Below are positions 1-11,903 of a DNA stretch of 64,000 nucleotides, piece by piece. This DNA is from Patellaria atrata CBS 101060 (Eukaryota), in assembly GCA_010093705.1 (NCBI GenBank), contig MU006112.1:186001-250000 (forward strand), read 5' to 3'. Both the position numbers and the translations under genes were made by a program. The first letter of the stretch is position 1, and every line of letters starts with the position of its first letter. Below the pieces are notes generated by a model. That model saw only the letters and a list, made by a program, of their open reading frames with translations, had not been told where the DNA came from and did not search any database.

Positions 1-1165
1 ACTAAAGCCGAGAGTTTAGAAATCCAAGAAAGACGAAGAAACGCTCCAAGCCAACGGCTTGCCGACGCCCATATCTTGTGCGTAGCTTGGCGTAGGATTG
101 AGGGCCCAGCGTCGAACCGTCTGGTCCCCCGTAACTGGCTGTGACGCTATCCGCAACGTACCGCATAACCGGTACAGACTTTGATGGTGGTAAAAGCAGG
201 TTCCCGCGTGGTTAATATAATAATGATAGATACAGAAGGTACGAGAGACGGAAAAATTCAAACTGATAAAGGTCGTACAGTACTTCAACTCTTGAGACCA
301 AATCAACTGCAGGCCGGTTTAGCCCTCACAACCGCAGAAATAAATCCCAAGGGGGTTGAACAGGAACGCTGTCCGCGTAGATAACGATAACTGAGTAGAA
401 TAATAATGGAATGCACCGTTCTTCTTAATCTTGTTTTACTTGGGAGGCTTTTGCAATCGGATTACCGGTGCGCCAACTGGTACTGTACTGTACACAAGTA
501 TTCCAGAGCTTTGCTTCTTGTCCATAGTTACACGGCACATGTGGTTAAGGGAGACGAGAACAAGCCTAGAATTGAGGAGGCGTCAAGAGCCTCGCCGTTC
601 AGCTTAGTTTAAGCTTGGCAAGCTGAAAGTGATGAGCGGGTGGGACGGTGTGGGAGTGTGGATGACACAGAAAAAGCTGATCCGTGTTATGAGTCGATAG
701 ATTTGGGGCGCGATTGGACCAAGGAGATGCATTGACAAGCTTTTGCAAATGGAAACTAAACGAGAGCTAAACTCTAAGTTAAAATGGACCCAGCCACTAG
801 TCTGTGAGCAATTGATTTCCCAGGTTAGTTGACATCGGGGCTGTGCTGAACGGGGACCTGTTGGATTGAGTTTTGAGTCGCTTTTTGGTGAGGAGGATAG
901 GAGGTGAGAGCCGGAGTTAACAACGTCTCTTCGCTGTTCCATGGACGCATCTACCGTAAGGTAGTTCTAGGCAGCAGATATCAGTGTAACAAACCATTTC
1001 TTTCGATACAACACTTGACTCTAGAACTTGTTCGTCGGCGTGACTAAGGAGGTGTGAGGTGTAGGAAAAGATAGTACTCCGTACCTTAATGTATTCAGAC
1101 AAGAACATGGTGTGGTCGTACGCTGGTAAGGTAATACAAACATAAGGATTATGCGAGTTTTGCAG

Positions 1166-1488
1166 TAGGGTGGGCAAATTTCATGTTACCAGCGTTACTA
1201 ACGTTACTAACTCCGTGTACATGCGCTAACGTAATCCAGCAACACATAATCATAAGAGCATATGTTAGACTAGACTAGTTAGTCACGTGCCTAGCCTAAT
1301 AAGGCTAATATCATAGGTATACGAGGCACGTGATAAGATGGGCTGGAGAATATATACCTATTTGGGCTAGTTCATACTTATTCTAGTTAGTCGTTACTAA
1401 CGTTACTAATGGTGTTTTAATAGTCCCGTTGAGTAATTCACGGACTAACGTTAGTAACGCGATTCGTTAGTAACGATTGCCCACCCTA
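1166..1488. mobile_element. Non-autonomous hAT-type DNA transposon (MITE), 323 bp
   Basis: Perfect 12-bp terminal inverted repeats TAGGGTGGGCAA (1166-1177) / TTGCCCACCCTA (1477-1488). Flanked by an 8-bp near-duplication TTTTGCAG (1158-1165) / GTTTGCAG (1489-1496), 7/8 match. Multiple subterminal CGTTACTAA/TTAGTAACG motifs and no ORF. An 8-bp TSD and TIRs starting TAGGG are hAT hallmarks. Confidence 0.85.
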
Positions 1489-2299
1489 GTTTGCAGGGCA
1501 ATATAATTTAAACACTGCTTGTCCGTTCTTAAGCTCTTAACCAGACTTACCCAAAGATAAAAATCCCAAAGATCGAGCAAGGTTAAACTCTAAAAGTTGG
1601 CTCGCAAGGCTACTGAATGCTTGTCCCGGCCTTGACGACCTTGGACTCAATTACACTATCTGGAACGCGCACCAAGCCCCGATCGCCTCGTTAGTCGTTA
1701 CGGTAGGGTTGGCTTAAAGACACATTCCATCCTTTCCCATCCTTTCCCATCCTTGAACGTTTGCCCAGTCAGTCAGTCGCACCTGCTCCCTCAACCACAT
1801 AACCCCATAAACCACCCGAGGGAGCCGCACCTGCCCTTTCTTACCCATTACCCATTACCCATCTCAATTCACCCACAACGCCCGCCCAAAATTCTCCTCA
1901 CCTTTCTCTCCTTCTGCAGAGGAACGACAAACTCTCAACCTAACTCACGTTCATCGACGCCATCTTATCCGTACATAAAATACGAGCAAGAAGAATCCTT
2001 GGCCGTGGTCTGATCGTCGTATAAGCGACGCGTCATAGGAACGCACCCTCGTTATTTGGTTCCAGCTGTCACTAGAGCGAAAAAGAAGTGGGTTTATTAA
2101 GGTAGTAGGTGGTAAGATCAACCTTATTTTAAGCTTCATGCCTTACCCATTTCTTTTTAATCTTAATACTTTTAAATTCCCAGATCATCTTCCCGCTTCC
2201 TCGCCTCTACCAATCTTTTTCTAATCAGAAATCTAGCAACTCATCATCGTGCATGAGGGAAAGGAATAGAATTTCATTCACACAGGCTGTTTCTACGTC

Positions 2300-3772
2300 A
2301 TGGAGACGTACAATGGCCATGTGCGGACTCCGCAAGATGCTATAATCTTATTTGAAGCATGTCGGATCGGGCAATTACCTCGTGTGCAGCGACGCTTATC
2401 AGAAAAGGAAAGGCAACAGATCAAGTCAGGATCCGTGTTTGTCTGGGATGAGCGGGAAGCAGGAATGAGACGATGGACTGATGGAAAATCATGGAGCGCT
2501 AGCAGAGTCTCTGGAAGCTTTCTCACGTATAGAGAAATGGAAGGCAAAAGAGGAACTGGCTTCGCACCTCCACCCCAAGCACCTCGAAAATCCGGGAGCA
2601 AGGCTCCAAGCGGAACGGGCTCGAATGATTCTGATGGAGATGAGGGACCGGATGGTTACCGCTACAAACCGGATGGATTGATGAAACAGTCTTTTAGTAT
2701 TACCACGCAAACTGGTCAGCATCTCCATCTGATTAGCTATTATGCCCGCTCGTCTCCTGGTGCACAAGAACTTATGCAACCGTCGAACGATCCGGCTCTT
2801 CGACACATAAGACCACAAAAAGGCATGTATCCTGAATCCACGGTCAATGAAGCATCGAGCGTACCGGCTGTCACACGGAGTCCTATGCAAGGAAGTCCAT
2901 ACGCCCCATCACCTCATCAAATGGCAATCGGTTCACCATACGCGCGGTCAGGTCCTCAGCATCCCACTGGATATATCGCTGTGGCACCACAGCCCACCCA
3001 AGGCCATGGTTGGCCACCTACTCCTCTTGGTACTCCCCCATATGGATACTATTATCCAACGGGTGCCCACATACCGCCTCCTGGACATTCTCCAATGCAA
3101 TATGGGCACGTTACTTACGCACCTCCTCCTCATTTCCAATATGGAGCTCCGGTTCCCCCTCCGACGAGATTTGATCAACCACCTGCTCCGTTAAGCAATA
3201 GCAACGGCTTACCTCCACCGCCGCCCCAACAGAATGGTCCTCCTCCACAATACGCGCATCATCAACATCAACCTCAATATATCGCGAATCCCTCTCCTCG
3301 TGCACAGGCTCCTCCAATAAATCCTAATCACCATCCTCCTACAAATTCTAAGGGACCCTTGATCGATCCAAGGCTTGCGACGGGTTCATCAAACGGCGAG
3401 CATAGTCAAGGACCACAATTACCACAGTTGAACGGAGATCGACGAGATTCGCCACGTCCGACATCGTCCGGAGCGCCTGCGACGAAGCCTGATGGCTCAA
3501 ACAATCTAGCGATCCCTGAAGTCAATGGTTCGACTAACGGAAACAACGCACCTTCACCAGCGAGTAAAATCCCTACCATTAGCGCACTTATGAACAATGC
3601 ACCTACCGAACATTCCACGGATAATAAGAGTGAAAAGAGTGTGAGTCGAGCGGGAAGTAAAAGTCCCAACAGCCTAATGCAACGTACGGCAGGAGAGCTA
3701 AATAAATCTAAGGCTGACCTTCACGAGGACGACAGAGTTTTGAGGCGGCTTGATAGAGTTTTCGTGAAGTAA
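2300..3772 (+). CDS. pac2: Gti1/Pac2 (WOPR-domain) transcriptional regulator, Pac2 type, 490 aa, intronless
   Basis: N-terminus METYNGHVRTPQDAIILFEACRIG...SGSVFVWDEREAGMRRWTDGKSWSASRVSGSFLTYREME and YKPDGLMKQSFS...HLISYY are the two WOPR segments; Pro/Gln-rich C-terminus. Confidence 0.93.
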   Translation: METYNGHVRTPQDAIILFEACRIGQLPRVQRRLSEKERQQIKSGSVFVWDEREAGMRRWTDGKSWSASRVSGSFLTYREMEGKRGTGFAPPPQAPRKSGSKAPSGTGSNDSDGDEGPDGYRYKPDGLMKQSFSITTQTGQHLHLISYYARSSPGAQELMQPSNDPALRHIRPQKGMYPESTVNEASSVPAVTRSPMQGSPYAPSPHQMAIGSPYARSGPQHPTGYIAVAPQPTQGHGWPPTPLGTPPYGYYYPTGAHIPPPGHSPMQYGHVTYAPPPHFQYGAPVPPPTRFDQPPAPLSNSNGLPPPPPQQNGPPPQYAHHQHQPQYIANPSPRAQAPPINPNHHPPTNSKGPLIDPRLATGSSNGEHSQGPQLPQLNGDRRDSPRPTSSGAPATKPDGSNNLAIPEVNGSTNGNNAPSPASKIPTISALMNNAPTEHSTDNKSEKSVSRAGSKSPNSLMQRTAGELNKSKADLHEDDRVLRRLDRVFVK

Positions 3773-4460
3773 TGAGACGGCCGGGTCACTATATCAGACT
3801 ACTATATGGGGCGAACTCGGTGTTACGATGTTATCATATCAAGTGGAATGCTTGTACGACCTGTGTGATAAAATTGTTGTGATCCCGAGAGAATGGACGG
3901 AAATTGTGCGTTTCATGCATTAGCGACGGTTTCTCGGGATGCATTTCAAGGCGTTTGTCCGAAAACATAATGGATGGACTGCTTTTTCTGCTCACCAAGG
4001 CCAAGTGCTGGCCTTTATGAGATTTTGATTAGGGATGGATCAAAATGGGTTTCATATTTTCTTTGATTAATTACGGTATGGGTGGAAATGTATGAGTACT
4101 ATCAGTCTGATATCAGTTAACTATCTAACATCCATATGTTATTAACATGGCTCTCCATTCGACAAACCAATACGAAATGTCGTGTATGTTGCTGAATATT
4201 CTCTATATCAACAATCCTGCCAGCTGATGTTCATTTAGAATTTTAAGCTTCTTAAGCTTTCCTCCTTGTGGTAAGGAAGAGACACGCATACTGGAACCTC
4301 GCAGAACCCAAACAAGGCCAATATCTGTAGAGACGGAATATTTGTTCGTCCACCAATTCGATATTTCAGATATATATGACGCTTAGTTTTCGATAAAATT
4401 ACACAAATAGCCAATCCTTGCTATATATACACATCCTTCCCATACATACAACCCGTACCA

Positions 4461-4896
4461 TTATAACTTTGCCTCCTCCTTCAACGTCCCAACTTTAAGC
4501 TTCGGCGCGTACTTCTTCAGCACGTTCTCGTTGTGATACTGAGATACTCAAATCAGCAAATCGATTCCCTAACTCATATCACAAAATTGTCTGTATAACC
4601 CCGCTACCCTCCATACCCATCTCTCTACAAAACCAAACCCCCAAGCGATTCATAACACCTTCGCCTTCATCAGTCCGCAACTGAACCCCCAATATATACG
4701 CACGTTGGTATCCACCTACCTTCCAAAACTGCTTACTAGCATCCTTACCCCCAACTCTCTTCAGAATCTTCGCCCCGCCTGGATGCTCGTCCATGAAGCT
4801 CGATAGGCCGTATACGCTGCCGTCGATGATGATGTAGAGGCCGTTGTCTACGGTGTTGTGCTCGGCGACTTGCTTTGCGGTGAGGGATTCGCTCAT
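4461..4896 (-). CDS. Small cytochrome b5-like heme-binding protein, ~84 aa, 2 exons (4896-4720, 4538-4461)
   Basis: HPGG heme motif (YIIIDGSVY...[26 protein letters not shown]). GTAGGT...CAG intron 4719-4539 joins to [25 protein letters not shown], which supplies the second His ligand. Confidence 0.9.
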
Positions 4897-5661
4897 GGTG
4901 GGTATATAGTTTGAAAGGTAACGGGAAGGAGTGGTTAAATGTAGGATGAAGGAGATGTATGGTGTTAGGGGATAGGGGGATGGTATGGGTTATTTGGGAT
5001 TTGGTGCGTTTTTCTAGTTTTGTATAGTATGAGGAATATAGGATATTGAGATGAGTGATGCTGAGATACCGAGGTTGATTAATAATAACGTCAGAGGTTT
5101 GGAGTCGGTATGGATAGATCGGGTTGTTAGCGCGACATGGTTCGTGGGGACCTCCCACTTGTCCCGTCGCGTCTTTCCTCTCTTTGTACCGTATCACCAC
5201 TCGATATCAGATATTACCCTATTGTTTACAACTAGAGAGGCTAAGAAAATAGAGCGACCGAATAGGCGCAGCTACCATTATGAGACAGCAATCTTGCAAG
5301 TATCAGCTCGTATGAAGATTGTTGTCCCTCAAGTCTTCTATTAAGTTCCTCAAATCATGAAGTATCTCATAAATTGTGCATTACAAGACCAGCTGGGGTC
5401 GCAGTCACCCTCATAAATGCAAGTTTACCCTTACCCAGCGCGATTTCCTTTCGTTCAGATGGGCACTACTCTCTCGTTAGTCTCCCTGTCTTAGAAGAAA
5501 AATTGCTGTCAAACAACCATCTTCCCCAATTGATACTCTTTTCTCTCTTCCATTCCATTGGACAATATCAACTATCTTCTACCTTAATCCACAGTATACC
5601 AGGACGGTATTTTCTTCGTGAACCTGCGCAATCATTACTTAACTGACCTCTACTCTGAACA

Positions 5662-7740
5662 ATGAGCCAACTAGTATTAGGCATCGGCAAACTTGCAAAG
5701 CTGGGGACGGATCCTTTGCTTATGGTTTTCGATGAGATAGGTGCTGTCACACCTTTCCCCGTGAGCAGATTTTTCCACACGAGACTGTTGATCACAGGCT
5801 AAGATATATACTAGGGAGAACGGCTCCACTACCTCTATCATGTATCGTTGACATGCAAAGCCTTCTATTGGTTTTGTGTGCCGTTACTGTATAGAGACAT
5901 TTCCATAGTCGTCGACCGGCCCTGCGAACATATTCGCTTGTTTATTGGGGGAAAATTGAAAACTTATCCCAAATGTAGGATGTCAACTTGGCTGCTTAAG
6001 AGACTTATAACTCCTAATTCTTTCCTTCCGTCATTTATAAGGCACCTTACCCTGGATCAATATTGTGATGGACAGAAGGATCTCGTGAAACACCAGGAAC
6101 TGTTACTAAAGAAACTTAATGTCCTGAAATCACTAACCTGGACTGGGAATCTTCGCATGCATAGGTACCTCGTACGATTTATTGAGGAAAACTCTTCAAA
6201 GCTTCGACTATCGATCCACTATGAAAACTGCTGTTTCAAACACTTCAATGCGGAACCAGACGTACTTTGCGCTCCTTCATCACTGCAATCCTTTTCTCTC
6301 AATTTGGATAATTTCCGTGGCTTAGATACTGAACGTACGAGGATCATGCAGTGTTGTGCTGACATACTGAGCTCCTGTTTACAATTGGAAACGCTCGATA
6401 TTCTAGCAAGCAATGATAAAGATGCTATCGACGAAAACTTTGACAAGGCCGCAATCAAGTTTGAACCCGGTTCCAAGATCCCTCGACTGCGGGCACTATC
6501 TCTACCACGCTCCAGCGCGATATCGTGGTGGGATTTGGACCAGTGGGCTAGCCTCGGCGGTTGGAGTGATCTCAAAAGTCTTCAGCTGCAAACCCTTGAC
6601 CACATTAAGTTTTTTGCCGGTCAAACACCCAAACTCGAATCCTTCATCCTGGTGTTCAAATCTAGTTCGAATGAGCTCCAAAAATATGAGACCCACCTTC
6701 TTCAACTTGGACCTCTACGTGAGCTTCAGATAGTAGGCCCAAATTTGCAAGTACCCATCAAAATCTTATCTGCTTATTCGGTGACGCTGGAGACGTTAGA
6801 CTTAGGAAGCCTCGAGCCCGACTTCCCATGTCTAGATACATCGTACAGCGTTCTGTATCAGTTGGTCGAGGTGTGTCCAAACCTTTCTATCTTGAAATTG
6901 GTATTACCAGTCTACTGCGGATTGGTACGCTTCTCATTACTCTATGCAATGTACGACATAAGATTTACTGACGTCTAGTAGCCCTCCCCTACGCTAGAAA
7001 TCTTGCTTAGATTTGAGAAACTCAGGTTGTTAAAGCTATCATGCTTTATTCATGAATTTGGTTTCGACCTGAACAGAAATTCAATCGATGCTGCAGCTGC
7101 TGATGAGATTGAAAAAATTTTGCTGAATTACGTACTCAATACTAAGGGTTTCTCTTCGCGTACTGTGCAGATAACAACACGGACGTACTTGTATTCTCCT
7201 GGTTTTCAGGGCCCACTTGAACACCGCAACGCAAATAACGTCCATACCTTCGAGCTAATGTACCGGTTGGAGCCGAGCTCTAGGACCATCCACCGATACT
7301 CAAAAATCGATTCCCTTATTCCCAGCGATGAAATTCCATGGGGAGGAATCTGTAGCAGATGGACTCTATTCTCGTATGTTCGCAGACGACTTAAGGAGTT
7401 TGGTAGCTCCATTCCACATCTACGCCAAGTCGCTTTGCGTCTGGATCCAGATTGGGCCAAATCGGAACTCGGATCCTTCGGGATAGAACGTCATATTTCG
7501 CGATCGGAGCAGGAGTGGGGAGAAAATTCTATAGACCGAATGACCACGCATTTGAAAAATATCAATAAAAATCGATTAATAGACTGGAAGGACCATAGGG
7601 AATACATCCTAAGGACCCTGTTCTGTCCTTCTATGGAGCGAAGATACACTGACATTGAGACTTTGTATGAGCAATGGTGGGTAGGCCTTGATCAGAACGG
7701 GAAGAAGAAGTCCTTGACTCCAACGCTGGTGGAGGGCTAG
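5662..7740 (+). CDS. F-box-like / leucine-rich (RNI-like) fungal protein, ~655 aa, 3 exons (5662-5760, 5815-6924, 6982-7740)
   Basis: Phase-0 introns GTGAGC..TAG (5761-5814) and GTACGC..TAG (6925-6981) join ORFs 5848 and 7003 in frame. F-box-like N-terminus (LAKLGTDPLLMVFDEI...VSLTCKAFYWFCVPLLYRDISI) followed by LxxLxL repeats (LKSLTW, LETLDI, LRALSL, LKSLQL, LRELQI). Confidence 0.72.
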
Positions 7741-7905
7741 TGGGCGGTAACGAAACTGATTCTTCGACAAAGGAGCATACTCGTATGACACTCATTGCAG
7801 CGCCGGCTGAGGATCACAAGCGTTCATTCATGTCGATAATCACTTGACGATTGCCAGTAAAATTTATTGGGTAGTACATCACATGGAATTCTCTGATAGA
7901 TGTCT

Positions 7906-8097
7906 TTAATGAATCCAGCACAGTTCACTTCTCCATGCCTTCTCCTCCCAACTATACCGCGAATCTTCCATGATACAATATATAGAGGTCTGCCTATATT
8001 TCACACTTGACAATTCACCGATAATTTCCCCAAAATTATATAGAGACAAGGAGTGCCAACCGTGACAGGGAATGAAACGGATCTCAATCGTACACAT
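7906..8097 (-). CDS. Possible 63-aa Cys/His microprotein (MCTIEIRFIPCHGWH...C...CWIH)
   Basis: Good start context (AACAATG) and the same MC-x7-PC start as the divergently oriented ORF at 8384; otherwise unsupported. Confidence 0.3.
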   Translation of the reverse strand: MCTIEIRFIPCHGWHSLSLYNFGEIIGELSSVKYRQTSIYCIMEDSRYSWEEKAWRSELCWIH

Positions 8098-8383
8098 TGT
8101 TTCGGGACATCCCCTTCCTACAGCACACCCTGGCGCAGTACTTTGACAATGTAGGTTTGACCTACACTTAAAAAGCTAACCTATCTCTTCATCCCGTTAA
8201 CCATATATCCTTTTCTCCAGAACCACATTCTGAACTCATTACATCCAACCCTTGCGTGTAACGGATACCAACTCCGATACTCGCACACATCGAACGTCAT
8301 CCCATCCCTTTATCAACACCAAACTCACCTCTACCCAGCCATCCCCGCTTCCCGGACACCAATCGTTTGACCACCTAGCTACA

Positions 8384-8644
8384 ATGTGCATCGTGGCGTT
8401 TCTCGTCTTCCCCTGCTGCCACGCCCTGCAAGGCGACTACGAGGTCAATAGGTGTGCGACGTCGTACTTTGGCGCGCAGGGATTTGCGTGTCGATTCCGC
8501 GAAGATGTGACTTTGGAGCGGGAAAGGGGGCTGTGCTATGCATGCGGGAAAGACGGAGCGAAGGTTGGAGATGGGGAGAAAGTGAAAGGGGCCCCGAGGG
8601 TAGTTTCTGTTGCTTGTGCTCTTTCGAATATGTCATTGGACTAA
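8384..8644 (+). CDS. Small cysteine-rich protein, 86 aa, putative zinc-binding
   Basis: ATG in CTACAATG context; MC-x8-CCH-x10-C-x11-C-x14-CxxC pattern; same C-rich to G-rich composition as neighbouring real genes; converges with dph7. Confidence 0.55.
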   Translation: MCIVAFLVFPCCHALQGDYEVNRCATSYFGAQGFACRFREDVTLERERGLCYACGKDGAKVGDGEKVKGAPRVVSVACALSNMSLD

Positions 8645-8752
8645 AAATTTAGGAAGGGTATAATGGGAATCTGGATGATTTCCTCTCATTCTATTGTACA
8701 GTAGCTAGGTTAATGTAGGATGTCCCCTCAGGGAATCCGAGTCAATTGTTGC

Positions 8753-10118
8753 TCACTGCGGCGAATAGCGCCACAAACAAATCAATCGATCATAGAAACT
8801 CGTCGAGAGAATCAACTTCCCCGTGCCGCCTCCCCTCGCGAGGACATCGCTTCCGTAGTTCATACTCTTGTGCTCTTCGAACCTCGCTACGACCTCAATG
8901 TCCCACTTACCCTTCTCATACCGCGTGACTCGGACAATTCTCGCACCCGCGTGCATGCAACTCGCGAGTATCAGCCACGTTAACTCCCTGGCACCGGGGA
9001 AAGTTAGCCTCGGAGCTTCTATGGCTTTCAGGCGCCACACACCGCCTCCCAGGTTCGCCTCGGCGAACACCTCCCTGCGTCCGAAACTCGGCGTCTTGAC
9101 CACGCGGACGTGGTCGTCGTAACTCCCTGTGACCGTCACGCCTTCCATCAAGGGCAGAATGGCGGTGACTCCGGCCCCGTGGAGCTTCCGCTCGAGCCAT
9201 TGGCTGCTGGTGTTTCGATCCACATAATTGTGTAAATCGCCGGCCTCGGAGATGAGCGAAGAGCGCAGCTCCCGGTATTGGAGGGAGGAGTCGTCGCCGC
9301 CGGAGAAGAGACCTGTGCCGTAGGGTGTGAAGGCGAGGGTCCAGGCTTCGAGGGGGTGATCGGTGAGTGTGGCTTGATCTGTGTTTTCGTCGAAGGTGGT
9401 CTCTTTGTCTTTGAGCGATGGGACGTTGCAGATGTTGGCTTCGCCGCTTGAGAGGGTTACGCCGACTATATCGGCGTCCATGGGATGCCAGTTGAAGGAT
9501 AGGATGAGAGTGGAAGGATGTTGGATTTGAAGAGTTTTCACGAAGGTTAGGGTAGGGTGGGGTTGGGGTTCTGTGGCCGGATTTTCGGTAGATGTTGGGT
9601 AGGAAAGAGTATACACTACGAGAGATCCGGTGGATGTGGCGGCAATTAGCAACTCGGAGTGATTATCGTGAGGAGAGAAATGAAGGTCGAGAATCGCATA
9701 TGGTGTTGGACAAGTTTGAAGAATGGTTCTTAGAATATGATTAACAGCAGTCCCAGTGTATATTTTGGTGCAGATAACAACAGCTGCACTGGAGCAATAG
9801 AAAGAAGGCTTCCTACCAAATACACCATTTCGAAATGCACCATTTGAAGTACAACATATCACCTCGAATCAATATATCTTACATCATCAACACTTACATT
9901 CGCTCATTCTCCACAGCACCAAGAACCAGACTGCCACTTCGCTTTTGGTCTTCGCTTGTTGATGGAAGGTCATCGTTCGTTCTCTCTGTTTTGTCTGCAT
10001 CATTCTTTTCGAGAAAATAGGTTCCAACTACGAAATACTGAGGAGACTTAGGCCATACTTCGATGCAGCTAGGCGGAAGGTCTATAATCAGACCGTGCAA
10101 GGACGGTAATGATGCCAT
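8753..10118 (-). CDS. dph7: Diphthine methylesterase Dph7/Rrt2 (WD40, WDR85 family), 2 exons (10118-9898, 9728-8753)
   Basis: DLPPSCIE..P..PQYFVVGTY, HPLEAWTLAF, FSGGDDS, HGAGVTAILP, TGSYDD, LGGGVWRL, LASCMHAG, FEEHKSMNYGSD and STSFYDRLICLW motifs; intron GTAAGT..AAG 9897-9729. Confidence 0.92.
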
Positions 10119-10856
10119 CTTGTTTGGTAACTTTCACTAGCCGAAGCTACAATTTGCTTCAATTTGTGCTGATGCCGTGAGACGTCTTTCTTCACGTCGA
10201 GGAGCGTAGATAATCTTTACTGTCTATTCTGCAGACATGAAGGCATCATTTCCACATGCGTGATGATGGCGGTTGGTGTGAAGTGGATCTTAAAATTGGT
10301 CGTTAATATAAGCCCTCAAACCCTGTTCCCTACACAAACGGCTAGCGCAGCCTGGTCAGACTGCTTCTTTCAACGTCCTGAAATGGAAACTGAGCACGAA
10401 AGGTAAGGTATCTTAATTTTGATTTAATAACCTTGAACGAGGATATTGCGAGGGACCTCTCTATATTACATCAATGGTAATTAAATACCAACCTTAGTCT
10501 ATTTTTGTTGGAAGGGAGTGTTGGTGGTGTATTAGCCAGGTAGGTGTACAATCTCGATTTTCGAGGTATTTGTTCACTATTTATAAGAAATAAAAGGTAT
10601 ACCTGTTTCTTCTACTATTTAATCAAATAATATCATGGTGAGATCCTTGGCTGAGCACAACGAAGGATAGTTGTGAGGAATTGAAAAGCCACCTGGTAAA
10701 ACTATCAACGCAAGAGTTCTCCAAAAAAGATATGATATCCACTTCCAGTCCTCATACCTTACTCTATTACATCAAAAATCTAGGCAAATCAAAGGAGGTA
10801 GTAAGATAAAGTGCAGGAAGAGAAGATGAAGAAATAAAGGGCAAAAAAAAAAGGAG

Positions 10857-11045
10857 AAAAAAAAGGAGAATCCTCTAATACGGCCCGCCCCTCCGTATTC
10901 CCTCAGCGCACTTTCCTGAGACCCCTCCCCATTCTGGCCTTTTGGCAACGCCGGGAATCGAGCCCATGGCACCGTGGAGACCGCGACGCTTGGGTGACAG
11001 GAGCGAACACTAAGGATCACACCACTTGACCACCGCGTGGATTTA
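10857..11045 (-). ncRNA. Candidate RNA polymerase III (type 2 promoter) structured non-coding RNA, ~180 nt, not a canonical tRNA
   Basis: Minus strand: TATATA (11078-11073), A box TGGTCAAGTGG (11032-11022), B-box-like GGGCTCGATTCCC (10965-10953, T54>C), then T8 (10864-10857) and T10 (10852-10843) terminators. GC-rich island in AT-rich DNA with extensive 5'/3' pairing. Confidence 0.6.
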
Positions 11046-11903
11046 TATGAATGCTAATTCCTGCACAATTAGTATATAAGGACTCATTTGATCTTCGGTA
11101 CGGGAACTTGTTTGGAACGGCATTATTTTACTTCAAAAATCCCGTTCAACCTAACACCAATAAAACGATAAAATAATGAAGCCTTACTTACGACCTCATG
11201 GGAGTATGAATTGGTATTATCTATAAACATCATATTCTATGATCGTCTAAGTCCCAATCCATAGAAGTACAATATACATGCGGAACCATGTTCGTCTTCC
11301 AGCCGATTCCTCTACAGCGAACAATTTCTCAAATAACGGGATAAATTGCTATATCACTACAATCATAAGAGATCGGTCTCCCGAAGCAGCGATGGGCCGT
11401 GATCTTCTGACAAACTCCAATCCCTTCAGAGTAACCGACCCGTTTCCGACTCGTATCAGCTGTTTCTACCGACCGGTCTGCAGTTTGAAAGCCTTCCACG
11501 AGACATGTTAGATGGTGGAGCTGTTGGAGTATTGGTCCTACCGGCGGCGACCAGGGCTAACGAGCTACTCGCTTATGTGGTATCAGCGTAACCAGGGTTA
11601 CTAATCTGATACAGTACTATCTTTTAGTGCTTACTGTTGGTGTCCATATTTACTGTTTTCTAAGACAGATTTCATACGGTTCCGTCCGTTTTGGTACACA
11701 CCTGCAGTATATAACAGCTAGATAGAGCCACTCTTTTGAGAATCAAGCGATATATTCGGTGCACCTGCAGGTCCAGTTTAACTAAAAAGACACGTAGCAT
11801 TTCTTTCGGATTAGAGGCTAGAAGCCACGCGATAAAAGTTTACCATTATCCTTACTCTCCTCTCACATACCAACACCCAACACCAGCTGCGTAGCATACA
11901 CGA

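Noticed and set aside
1..1157. Short ORFs left of the MITE as a transposase or pseudogene remnant
   Set aside because: No recognisable motif in any frame; cannot be supported without a search.
9729..9897. Intronic C/D snoRNA in the long dph7 intron (also considered for the cytochrome b5 intron)
   Set aside because: A TGATGA is present, but no properly placed CTGA D box or terminal stem was seen.
10944..11040. Canonical (intron-containing) tRNA gene
   Set aside because: A and B boxes are present, but the 5' and 3' acceptor strands are not complementary and no anticodon stem forms; kept as an unassigned ncRNA instead.
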